NCBI RefSeq assembly: GCF_036321535.1
Contig: NC_087437.1
Location: forward strand, 110,920,001-110,984,000
From: Camelus dromedarius
Lineage: Eukaryota
Direction of reading: 5' to 3'
DNA: 64,000 nt
This document shows, one piece after another, positions 38,293 through 50,138 of the stretch. Position numbers and translations under genes: made by a program. Numbering within the stretch: the first letter of the stretch is position 1; each line of letters opens with the position of its first letter. Below the pieces are notes generated by a model. The model was not told the origin of the DNA and ran no database searches. It was given only the letters and a program-made list of their open reading frames with translations.

Positions 38293-39049
38293 CAAAATGA
38301 ATTGCAAAAAGAAAGCAAGGGTTTTCATGCTTTTTAAGTTAAATTGCCACCTTCCTATTAAAATGTATTAGAGTCTGAAAAAAAAAGAAAGGAAAGAATC
38401 CGTGTGATACAAAGAACAGATGAAGGAGCGGAGAAGCTTGGCTTGGAAGGAGTTGCTGGGATGAGGGGGGCAGAGGTGTGACAGCCAGCAGCAAGTGGTT
38501 GTGGGGCAAAGGGGGTTGACTTGATGCCCCCACAGGACAGAGTCAGCACGATGGGAGGAAGTTTCAGGAAGACCTCTATTCCCTGCAAGGAACAACTTTG
38601 TAACAATTCACTTGCTCAACCAAGGACCAGGCTGTCCAGCGTCAGCCTCTTCAAGCTGCCTTTCATACCCTCCTTTGGTGTTAACAAAGCCCACACTTAT
38701 CTCGTGTCACCCCTACAACCTGGGAACAGGCACTGCTCTATCATCACTCCCCAGAGGGTCGGGAGGGCCAGCCTCAGAAAGGTCCAGTGACTTGGCTAAC
38801 CCAAGTGAGCACCAGGACTGGAACCCAGACCCTCTGCCTCTGGGTCTTCTGTTCATCCCTCGGCTCCACCTTGAGAACTGAGCAAAGACTCATTCCTCAG
38901 CCAAGGTGTCACAGAGAAGATTCCTAGACTGGGAGGGGCTTATCTATCCCTCCAGCTCTAAAATACCAAGCTAGAGGCAATCACAGTAGAAGGGCAGGGA
39001 ATGGTGGGGAAAGACTCTTGAGGGAACAGTGATGTCAGCCTCCTCAAAA

Positions 39050-39490
39050 CCAGGCACAATTCAACTATGTGACACACTGGAAAAGGCAAATCTACAGAGA
39101 TGCCAAAAAGATCTATGGTTGCCAGGCGTTGGGGGAAAACAGAGATGAACAGGCAGAGCACAGAGGATTTTTAGGGCACTGGAACTACTATATGGCACTA
39201 TAATGGTAGATACATGTCACTGTATGTTTATCCAAACACAGAGAATGTACAATAACCAAGAGTGAGCCCTAATGTAAACTATGTACTCTGGGTGGTGATG
39301 TGTCAGTGCAGGTGCATAGATTGTAACCAAGGTACCACTCTGGCGGGTGGAAGGAGGGGGGTGTTGCTGATCGTGGGGGAGGCTGTGTTTGTGTGTGGAC
39401 AGGGAGTAGATGGGACCTCTCTGAACTTTCTGCTCAATTTTGCAAGGAACTCAAACTGCTTTATAAACTAAAATATATTAACAAAAGACA
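39050..39490 (+). mobile_element. L1MC-like 3' fragment
   Basis: ggaaaaggcaaa...aatggtagatacatgtca...gtgagccctaatgtaaactatg. Confidence 0.8.
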
Positions 39491-41299
39491 AACAAAAACC
39501 AAAAACAGCTGCAACAGGTCACCTACGATCATTTCACCAGCCTGTACATCAGAACGCTTAATGCTGCCTCCCATTCGCCTTTTAAACTTTGAGTTCATAA
39601 ACCCAAAGACACGGACCTGAGAAGCTTTTAGAAAGGCCCTCAGAACAACTTGCTTCAACCTCATCATCTCACAGATGACAAATCCAAAGAAAGTTGCTCC
39701 TTGTTTTAGTTAACTTATTTTGCTCCAAGGAATGTAAAGGATTTAAGAGACAGCCAATAACAGGGTTTTCTGAAAGCTTGAAAAAATGTTCAAGATAGTA
39801 AACCCCAAAAGTTCAGTCTACCTGAAAAGCAAAGAAAGGGACATTCTTTATTATTATATGAACAGTAACAAAATAAAATTAAATAATTAAAACCTAGCGC
39901 AGGTTAGGCTGTGGTGAAGCCAATACACTCATATATATGAACTGATCAAGAATTTTTAATGCAATTCGGCGATTCACATCAAGAGATTTTTTAATGTCGT
40001 ATTTAATATAGATACCACATTAAGAATTTATCCTGAAAAAAACAAGTTTTAAAAGAAAGAGGAAAGGCAAAATATATATCAAGAACTTCAAAAGAATCTT
40101 AAAATAGTGACTGAAAAAGAAACAATAAATATTCAATTACATTACAGGAGAATGGTTAAGTAAATGATCAGCTCACTGGAACATGTGACCATCACAAGTT
40201 TGTTTTTTTTAGTTGACAAAAGCTTAATATCAACTGACTTATAAAAAAAAATTTTTTAATGTTTTGAAACAGATACCATACAAATTCTTATGTGGTCTCC
40301 CTACTGATTTGGAACTTAAAGGCATTTAAGGAAGGGATGTGACGTCAAAAACAAAGACTATCCAACCCAAGGGATATATGTTACTTTAAAACTCTGATCT
40401 GCAGGAGTACTAGATGGTTGTCCTAGTTTTAAAGCTAATCACAAAATCCATTTTCTTAATGGTCCGGACATTTTGCCAGTTCTTCCAGCTCAACAGAACT
40501 TCCATCCATCTCCACACTCACTGCAGACAACAAACGTCATCCTCAGTTCATCTGACCTACAAGTTTACACCCGTGTGTAAGTACGGTTCTTCTTTCCAGA
40601 TTAGTCCATGTGGCTACTTCATGGGCATTGATGATGCAATGTTACGTGAAAAGAAACAAACTACAAAGCTGTATCTATGCAAGAGTTACAAATGTGTAAA
40701 AAAGGCATGAAAATATAGATAAGAAAGAACAGAGAAAACCCAAAAGCAAATAGAGTAGATATGGAGAATGTCTTCTTTTAAATGCACTTGATCGTTCTCC
40801 CAACAAACATACAGTAAATAAAAATACATTTGTAAAGACTAAGCTGCAGCACAAGCCCTGTGCTTATCCAGCTCTACCTGCTGCCCAGACTAGCAAACAG
40901 ACTGGGAACGCCTGGACCTTATCTGATCTCAGTCAGCAATTTGAGATTTCACTTTCCTTAGAGTCAGTGGCCATCATCCCTCTCTCTGCGGTGATGTGCT
41001 CTGCTCCCAACCCTGCACCCACCACATGCTACAAACCATCCATCAAGGGACCACCCTCCATGAAGATCCCCTTTCCTATTCTGTCTCTCTGTTTATATTG
41101 TGGGATGACCTGCCCCCACCTCTCACTACCACCCTCAGGCTCTTCCTTTATTTTCTACCCAGAGACTCTCAGTATCCAGGTACAAATTCCTCCCCCATCC
41201 ATCTGCAGGCTAGGTCCTGGGCTGCCTAGCACCAAGCCCCTGTGATCCTCAACAAAGCCCAGGTACAGAATAGCTCGCTTTGGAATTAAAGACATACTA

Positions 41300-41440
41300 G
41301 GGGGAGGCCGGGGAGCGTACAGCTCGAGTGGTAGAGTGCAAATTCAGCATGCAGGAGGCCCTGAGTTCAAGCTCTAGCACCTTTAATAAAAATGAATAAA
41401 TAAACCGAATTACCTCACCATCACCCCCCTCAAAAGAAAG
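41300..41440 (+). mobile_element. Diverged tRNA-derived SINE (vic-1-like)
   Basis: cagctcgagtggtagagtgc...gagttcaag...aataaataaaccgaattacctc. Confidence 0.75.
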
Positions 41441-41530
41441 CATATTGGTCAAAGCTCTTTGACCCTTTCTTTGTTTCCTGGTTCCTGTTTATCTGCTGGT
41501 TCCCAACTCTGTGCCTGGCTACTTGCTCAC

Positions 41531-41880
41531 CACCATGGACTAAATGTTTGTATCCTCCAAAAACTCATATGGTGAAGCCCTAATCCCCAATGTGATGAGG
41601 GGAAGGGCCTGGGGAGGCAATTAGATGAGGTCAAGATGGTGGAGCCCCCATGATGAAATTAATGACCTTATCAGAAGAGGACAAGATGCGAGCTGTCAGT
41701 GTGTGTGTGTGCATGCACCGAGGAAAGGCCGTGTGAAGCCACAGCCTGGAAGAGGGCTCTACCCTGGCCTTTCAGGCAATTTGATCTCAGGACTTCCAGG
41801 CTTCAGAACCATGAGAAGTAAATGTTTGCTGTTTACTCCACCCAGTCCATGCTATTTCCTTACAGCAACTTGAAGTAAGA
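41531..41880 (+). mobile_element. MaLR LTR (MLT1A-like)
   Basis: atggactaaatgtttgtatcc...gccctaatccccaatgtgatg...agaagtaaatgtttgctgttta. Confidence 0.8.
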
Positions 41881-42965
41881 GCTCCACCACCCACCCATCC
41901 TCGCCCTCAGAGTGCGTGATGCCTAATTTTGGCTTCTGCTATTGTATCACATTCATCCTGGCTAAAGGCTGCTCACCAGCGACCAGGACACCTTCCTCTG
42001 GCCAGTGGGCCCTTAGGGAATATGCCTGCCCCTCGTCTCTCCGGAGTACAGACCTTCTGTACCTTAGGCTTCTCATCCCCTAGCTGCCACCCTCCATAGC
42101 CCACCGTCTCGGCAATGGCCAGGGCACCATGCTTACATACTGCCTGCTGATTTGGAAGCTGGGGGAAGGCTTATCCTAACATATTTCGAGCTCCCCTCCC
42201 CACAGGGGTAACCATGGGCAAAACCAAGATAAATTTGGCTGAGACGCTACCCTCAAAGGGCTTGCCATCGAGGGTCAACCCCAAACTCATGTCCTCTCAG
42301 TAGATCCCAGGATCCATAAATTTTCCCAGGAAAACGTGGTAACTGTTCTGTCTTTGGGGCTTCTCTCCAGTTGCTATTGGGAGTATGTGATAACTTCCAG
42401 TCCCCAGTACCATGGCAACTGCTTGCCATTTGGTGCCTGAAGACTTAATGAGATTTCCAGCTGGGCCTCTCCACTTGGTGTCTTTGGGCTAAGCATGAAA
42501 CTTTCCAAGCCACAATTTTTCTTGACTAGAGTGCCCTTAGTAGGACTCTTCTTGAAGTGACTCTGAGATCAAAAATAACATTAAATTTCTCAAGACTTCC
42601 CAGGAGGAAAAAAAAAAAGAGTTTGCAATCCTAGGAAAAGAGTTCACAGAGACACAGGCTGACTATGATAACACATCTAAAAGAGCCATTAAACATTGGG
42701 ACATCAAGGAAACTGCATAAGGATTGCTGATTTCAACCAGACCTCCAAGAAGGGCAAGAAAAAATGGGTACAGTCCATATCTAGAGACAGTGTTAGCCAA
42801 AAAAATAAGAGAGAAAATGAGATATACTCCAGAGTAAATGGGACTCCCGCTTCACTGGCTCTAAGTATTTGAGAAAGGAGTCCTGAGAGATGAAATGGGG
42901 AAGCAGGGCTGGGACCAAAGGGCTGGAAAGAGCATTTTAAAGTTTAAAACAAATAGTGACATATC

Positions 42966-43112
42966 GGGGTGCGGGAGGATATGGCGGGAGGGTATAGGTC
43001 AAGCGGTAGAGCACGTGCTCAGCACATACAAGGTCCTGGGTTCAATCCCCAGTACCTCCTCCAAATGTAAATAAATAAATAAACCTCATTACCTCCCCTC
43101 ATTAAAAGAACA
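42966..43112 (+). mobile_element. tRNA-derived SINE (vic-1-like) with a duplicated 5' head
   Basis: TSD-like aaaacaaatagtgacatatc (42946-42965) / aaaacaaataggggcatatc (43113-43132). Confidence 0.88.
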
Positions 43113-43239
43113 AAAACAAATAGGGGCATATCAGAGCTAAGCTTTAGGAAAGTCAGATTTCTTAGCAGTAAGTACACATCCATATTGTAAGTTCTCAAGT
43201 GATTCAAACAGGCAGTCTGCACAGGAGTGGTTAGACACA

Positions 43240-43687
43240 CTTGTAGGTTGAACTGTGTCCCCCAAAAAGATATGCTTTAGCCCTAAACTCTAGGAACTAT
43301 GAATCTGAACTTATTTGGAAACTGAATCTTTGCAGATATAAAGTCAAGATGAGGTCATGTAAAATTAGGCTGGGCCCTACATCCAATAGCTGGTGTCTTG
43401 ATAAGAGAGAGGAGGAGATTTGGAAACAGACTCACAGTCACAAGAGAAGACAGCCACGGGAAGAAGGAGGCAGAGGCTGGATTGATAGTGTCGCAAGACC
43501 AGGAATGCTGAGGGCCAGCAGAAACAGAAGCTGAAAGAGGCAAGAAAAGATTCTACCTTACAGCCTTCAGAGGGAACATGGCCCTGCCAACATTTTGATT
43601 TTGGGAACCATGGGAGAATAAATTTCTATTGTCTTAGGTCATCCAGTGGGAGGTACCTTTTAGAAGCAGCCCTAGAAAAAGAACATA
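43240..43687 (+). mobile_element. MaLR LTR (MLT1C-like)
   Basis: ttgtaggttgaactgtgtccccc...gagaataaatttctattgt...gcagccctag. Confidence 0.85.
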
Positions 43688-44412
43688 GACATGAATTAAG
43701 CATGAGTTGAAACTCATCAATGTTTTAGGACCTTCAGAGAAGATGGGATGGTTCACGAACAAGGAGGCGACCTTGAGGTCCTGAGGCACGGATCATGATT
43801 GGAACTATGGATGTAAGACCACTATCTACAGGGAAAGAAGCAAAAGAAAGGAATGCAGTCAGCCCTCCAAGGTCAACGACTTTCTGATGACTGAGGGTCT
43901 AGGTTCAATCTTATCAGAAAGGATCAGTCAACAAAGGGCCTAATTTTTCCATTGATATTTAATCCCTGGGCCTCTGGGCTGCCCCCTTGGGCTTTCTCAT
44001 CTTTGTTCATTCCAGGGCCAGAATCCACACAGTCTTTATTCTTCCTGTGGTCCTTATTGTTTGAGAGGACACTTTGCTATTAATCCCCATGTGTAAGTGG
44101 ATTGCAAAACAAACAAACAAAAAAATATGACTTGCGAGATTAAGTTTCCACTAGTCACCACCTACCCAAGGATGAATGTGTATTTAATTAATAAAATTTT
44201 TCCGATTATAAAAGTAACCCCTACTCATAGTAAAAATCCTTCAGTTAAAGAAAATTATGCATGAGAAAATAAAATTTTCCCCTTAACTTCAACACTAAAA
44301 GATATTCATTGTTGGTATCTGGCTGTATTTACTACTGGTACCTGATGTAATTAAGAGAAATACTTTATGATTAAAGAAAAAAACTTTAAAGATGAGCTAT
44401 TTGGGAAGAATC

Positions 44413-44481
44413 ATTCAGATAGACACACACACACAATTCAGATAGACACACACACACACAGACACACACAGACACACACAC
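44413..44481. repeat. (CA)n microsatellite with a 23-bp tandem duplication
   Basis: attcagatagacacacacacaca x2, then CA/CAGA repeats. Confidence 0.9.
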
Positions 44482-46133
44482 GGGGGGTGGGGGGAACACA
44501 CAGAATGTCTGAGAAAAATGGAGAAGAATGAGTCCAGGTAATCAAAGGCCATTAACCATTTTAACATTGCTAGAGGTCAGAGAGATTTTATTCAAATTAA
44601 AGGAAGAAATTCAAAATATGACTCTCACAGCATCCTCAAGTCAGTTATAACACTCAGGGTATATCAAACTATCAAATTTGACTCACGTCCTAATTAAGCT
44701 CTCCATTTGAGAATTCCACCAAATAACTTTTCCAAGATGGAAAAACCGTACCTTAATATTTCCCTGAGAGAGTTCCATTTTACTTTTTTTTTTCTTTTTG
44801 CAAATTATAGTTTTCTAGCAACCATAACACAGCAACCAAGACCACATCTTATGTCCTTGGTACCTGCCTCCCCAAAGACCTGTATGTATAGGCCTGCAGG
44901 TGTAACTCGAGGCTGTCTTGGCTGCGGCCAGGCCCCAGAATGTTGGAGGAGCTGGCCCTGTGTGCTGTGACAAAGTCCAGACACTCTACATTGCTAGTTG
45001 CTAGTTGTTAGCAGGCCCACAAATTCACTTTTCCTGACTTGGATGGGATTCAGAACTGCTGTGTCATAGGCCCAGAAGACACGGATTACTGCAATTAAAA
45101 TGAAGAGAAATCATCTTGGCCCTCCTTACTCAAATAAGCCACGTTAACTAGTCCTGGTTTAAAGAATGGGCCGTTCATTTGGATCTCTGAAGTCTTTGTC
45201 AAGAAGACTCCAGGTTTCATAAGACTAACCTGCAACGTCTACAAAAGAAGTCCATCTGGTTTTGACCCCATTTCCTCGAAGAAAGAGAAGGTCACTTGGC
45301 TTTCTTATTCAAAGTGAGTTGAAATCAGGCAACAGGCTCCCACAAACCTTTTTTTTTAAGGTAATTTAACTAGTTTGCTATAATTGGTACAGAGTTCACA
45401 GCACCAAGGTTGCAGGCATTTAAAGCATTCAATCCCCAAATTAAAGCAATTAACTTTTAGAGAAAAGAAAAAAAAAAAGGAAAGAAACCACCGGGTGAAT
45501 TTTTTAAATCTATTTTAAAATAATTAGATTGTTAAACTGTGTAGTTAAGTGAAAACCATAGTTATGAGGTTTTAATTCTTTTAATCACAATGAAATGTTA
45601 AAGTTCAATTGACATAATTGCAGAATCGAAATAATTTCTAATCAGAGATTTCAAGGTGAGATAATTAGTCTAACATTCATAAAACTTTTCTAAAACCTCA
45701 CAGTAGATCTTGCACTGCACTTGAAACATTTCTTCTAAAAAATTTTTCATGCTCAATAAACTGCTTAAGAGGAGTAACATTGTAATGATCAGCTTGCAAA
45801 TATTTTCCCTACCATAGTATGAACCACAGAAGAATTCATGACACAGTTATTAGCAATATCCAGAAGTCATTAACTAGGTGAACTTGCTTAAGCACTGAGA
45901 AGCCCAAAATGCCTGAAATTATTATCCAGTTTTTTTTAACTCTCTATCCTAAAAAAGAAAGATACTTTATTAATCTAATTCCTACTAAAATAATAACCAA
46001 AATGTTTTAAATACCCAAAATAATCTGATGCCTCCAGATAGTTCATTTCCAAATATCTAGAAAACATAAGCTCCTTTCCTAAGTAAAGAAACTCAAATAT
46101 GTGATCTCTAGTAGTGTTTGTGTCTTCTGAATG

Positions 46134-46368
46134 CAGGGTTTCTCAAACTCAGCATTACTGACTATGGACCAGATAATTCTTTGTCTGGGGGACTGCCCTG
46201 CGCCTTGCAGGATCTTAGCAACATCCCTGGCCTTACCAGCCAGATGCCAGATATCTCCCTGTATCCAGGTACGTGCTAGATACTTCTCCAGTGTAACAAC
46301 CAAAAATATCTCCAGACATTTCCAGATGTCACCTGGTGACCAAAATTGGTCCCAGTTAAGAATCTCTG
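46134..46368 (+). mobile_element. MER20 (hAT-Charlie)
   Basis: cagggtttctcaa...gaccagataattctttgt...acaaccaaaaatatctccagacatt...agaatctctg. Confidence 0.85.
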
Positions 46369-46634
46369 TCCTGAAGCTAACACTGTAAATCAACAACACT
46401 TCAATCAAAAAACAAAATTTTAAAAATAAATAAAGAAATAATACATCAATCAGCAAAAATGTATCACCCAAAAGCTGATACCCAAAGATAGCTCCCTTTC
46501 AACTTACTTTGCAAATACACTCTTCTGCAGCTTTGGTAAATAAATAGAGTCTTTCATGCAGCATTTTTAAAGTAAAAGAAATATTGCTCTTTTTTTTTAA
46601 TGTGAAATCAGAGCTTTAAAATAAAATGTCTCCA

Positions 46635-47714
46635 TAGCCTACAGAATGGGAGAAAACATTTGCAAATGATGAGACTGACAAAGGTTTAATTTCCAAAATA
46701 TATAAACAGTTTATACAACTTAATAACAACAACAAAAAAAAAAATCCAAAAATAGGCAGAAGACCTAAACAAGCATTCTCCAATAAAGACATACAAATAG
46801 CCAATAAGCATGAAAAAAATGCTCAATATCGCTAATTATCAGAGAAACACAAATCAAAACTACGATGAGGTATCACTTCACCCCAGTCAGAATGGCCATC
46901 ATTAAAAAGTCTACAAACTATAAACGCTGGAGAGGGTGTGGAGACAAGGGAACCCTCCTACACCGTTGGTGGGAATGCAGTTTGGTGCAGCCACTGTGGA
47001 AAACAGTATGGAGATTCCTCAAAAAACTAAAAGTAGACTTACCATATGATTTGGCAATCCCACTCCTGGGTATATATCCAGAGGGAACTCTTAATTCAAA
47101 AAGATACATGCACCCCAATGTTCACAGCAGCACTATATACAGCAACCAAGACATGGAACCATCCTAAATGTCCATCAACAGGTGTCTGGAGAAAGAAGCT
47201 GTGGTATTTATACAATGGAATACTATTCAGCCATAAAAATAATAAAATAATGCCATTTGCAGCAACACAGATGGACCTGGTAATCATCATTCTAACTGAA
47301 GGAAGCCAGAAAGAGAAAGAAAAATACCATTTGATACCACTCACATGTGGAATCTAAAAAAAGAGAAAAGAAGACAACAATGAACTTATTTACAAAACAG
47401 AAATAGACTCACAAACATAGTAAGCAATCTTATAATTACTGGGGGGGAAAGGAGGTGAGAAGGAATAAATTGGGAGTTCTAGATTTCCAAACATTAACCA
47501 GTATATATAAAATAGATAAACAGGTTTCTTCTGTATAACATAGGGTACTATATTCAATGTCTTGTAGTAACCTATAATAAAAAAGAATATGAAAATGAAT
47601 ATATGTACATATATGTATGACTGAAACATTATGCTGTACACCAGAAATTGACACTGTAAATTAACTACACTTCAATATTTTTTTTTAAGTTGTAGTATTT
47701 AATTAATTAATTAG
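46635..47714 (+). mobile_element. 5'-truncated L1 (~1.1 kb) with ORF2 C-terminal remnant
   Basis: [16 protein letters not shown]...[21 protein letters not shown]; 19-bp TSD ttaaaa(t/g)aaaatgtctcca at 46616-46634 and 47715-47733. Confidence 0.93.
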
Positions 47715-47869
47715 TTAAAAGAAAATGTCTCCAGTGCTTCTTTTCTTAGTCTATAACTTAAGTCATGCAGTCATAAAACTAGTATCCCACCTGGCTTTGG
47801 AGTGAAAAGTGGACTTAGTTATTGACAGTCATAATAATTGATCTTCAGCTTTTCAAAAGCAAATGATAG

Positions 47870-49045
47870 GTAAAGGATGCCATCAGGAAAGTGAAATATG
47901 ACCCACAGAGTGGAGAAAATGTTTGCAAATCATATATCTGATAAAGGGCTTACATCTAGAACACACAAAGAATCATCCTTATAATTTAATAAAGAGACAG
48001 AAACCCAACTTAATAGTGAGCAAAGGGTCTGAATAGACAGTTCTCCAAAGAAAATACACAATTAGCCAAGGAACACTTGAAAAGATGCTCAGCATCTTTA
48101 TGTATATGGGAAATGCAAATCAAAACCAAAAGGAGATACCTTCTCTCACCCACCAGAATGGCTATAACCAAAAAGACAGGTAGTAACAAATGCCGGCAGG
48201 GCTATGGGGGAACTGGAACCATCATTCACTGCTGGTGGGAATGTAAAATGATGCAGCCACTTTAGAAAACACTCTGGCAGGTCCTCAGAAGATTAAACAC
48301 AGAATTGCCACACGACCCAGCAATTCCAGCAATTCCACTCCAAGGTAGATACCAAAACAAATTTAAAACAAGAATTCAAATAGGTATTTATACACTATTT
48401 TTTTTAAGGGACTGAGATGATCCCTTTTTTATTTTGGGGGGGAGGTGAGGGATGTAATTAGGTTTATTTATTTATTTTGATAGAGGTACTAGGGATTGAA
48501 CCCAGGACCTCAAGCATGCAAGCACACATTCTACCACTGAGCTATACTCTCCCCTCTATACACTAATGTTTAAGCTGTAACCGTTCACAATAGTCAACAG
48601 GTGGAAACAACCCAAATGCCCAACAACTGATGAATGGATATAAATAAAATGTGGTCTATCCATACAATGAAATATTATTCAGCAATAAAAAAAAAGTACT
48701 GACATGCTATAACACAGATGATCCTTGAAAACATTATGCTAACTGAAAGAAGACAGTCAGAGAAGACCACATGTTATACGATTCCATTCGCATTTAATGC
48801 CCAAAACAGGTCAATCTGTAGAGACAGAAAACAGACTAGTGGTTTCTGGAGGCTGGCAGGATGGATGGCGAAGGGAAGTGGGTGATATGGGTATGGGTTT
48901 CTTTCGGAGGTGATGAAAATATTCTAAAATTGATTAGGACAATGGCTGCACAACTCTGTAAATCTACCGAAAACCACTGAATTGTACACTTTCAAGAGCT
49001 GAATTGTACAGTATGTAAATAATATCTTAATAAACCTGCTATCAA
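47870..49045 (+). mobile_element. Older L1MB-like fragment interrupted by a SINE
   Basis: ORF2-like MKRCSASLCIWEMQIKT...HCWWECK; 3' UTR ends aaaaccactgaattgtacacttt...taataaa. Confidence 0.88.
48398..48554 (-). mobile_element. tRNA-derived SINE (vic-1-like)
   Basis: Reverse-complement A and B boxes (ggattgaacccagg, ctaccactgagctata); TSD t(t/c)tatacacta at 48387-48397 and 48555-48565. Confidence 0.88.
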
Positions 49046-49971
49046 AACACAAACAAGGCACAGAAGCAAGACTTCATCATGCTTACAGAGCACCATCTCC
49101 ACAACCCTGACAGGTGACAGAAGCAGGAGGCATAAGATGAAGGAAAGTTGAAAGGAAAGACAGCTAAGGACACTGATATGCTCATTTTCCAAAGGAGGAG
49201 GGGGGTCAAAGTCACTGTCAATGGTTGATGGAACTAAGTTAGTCTATATAAGCAACAGAAAGTTTGCACTATAAATATGATCATCAAAAATCTGGAAGGA
49301 AGGAAGGAAGGAAGAAGCAACAAGTAAGGTAAATTATCATTTGTCATAATAGAAAGCCAATAAATAAAAGTGGCATAAGCATCTTATTTAGAGATATAAA
49401 GGCAATCACCAGAAGAACTAAAAACAAAAATGAACAAAAGTGATTATTTCTGGAGAGTACAGGAGTGGGCGGGAAGAAAACAAAACAAGGACAGAACGTG
49501 TTTCTCTCGATAAGCCCATCCATTCTGTCAGTGTGTTAATACTACATGGAATTATTACTTTGCACTTTGTTTTTAGACACAAATCAAACATGGCACTGCT
49601 GGAGTTGCAGAATTCATGTGAAATAAGAATATACTTTATGTCAGGAAAAATATTAAAGTGGATCATCACCACTGAGCGAAACAGTGATTTAAATATATTA
49701 CACAAAGCTGATGCAAGTTTTATGGCCAAAGACTGCATCCCTCATAAGATAGCTTGGAAATGCAGGTTAGATGCTCAAGAGAACAAGAAATGCGGACAGA
49801 CCTCCTACCCTCTCTGTGGCAGACAGTTAAGAAGTGTCATAGGTCAAAGCTTCACCATGGCAAGAATATTCAAAAGTCCTAACAACTTTGGGATCCTAAG
49901 ACATCTTAGATGAAAGAAGGCACATGTGGCAATCTCTGCACAGCTTGAACACACTTTAAAAACCAAAAGCC

Positions 49972-50138
49972 GGAGAGGGTGGGTGGGGAGGTAGAGTGCA
50001 TGCTTAGCATACACAAGGTCCTGGGTTCAATCACCCAGTACCTCCTCTAAAACATAAAAAAGTGAACCTAATTACCTCCCCACAAAGAAAAAGAAAAATA
50101 ATTTTTTAATAAAATAACATTCAAAAAAAAAAAAAAAA
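49972..50138 (+). mobile_element. tRNA-derived SINE (vic-1-like), A box degraded
   Basis: ggtagagtgcatgcttagc...gggttcaatc...cctaattacctcccc followed by poly(A). Confidence 0.85.

Noticed and set aside
46865..47357. ORFs with reverse-transcriptase-associated C-terminal motifs
   Set aside because: These are frameshifted remnants of a 5'-truncated L1 ORF2, not an active or domesticated gene.
47660..47714. T-rich rather than A-rich tail at the L1 3' end, possibly a fold-back
   Set aside because: A T-run after cttcaa also occurs at other L1 ends here (16343, 38281), and the inverted similarity is too short to support.
49440..49913. 157-aa plus-strand ORF
   Set aside because: Non-ATG start, adjoins L1-like degenerate sequence, lies antisense to the inferred gene and has no recognisable domain.
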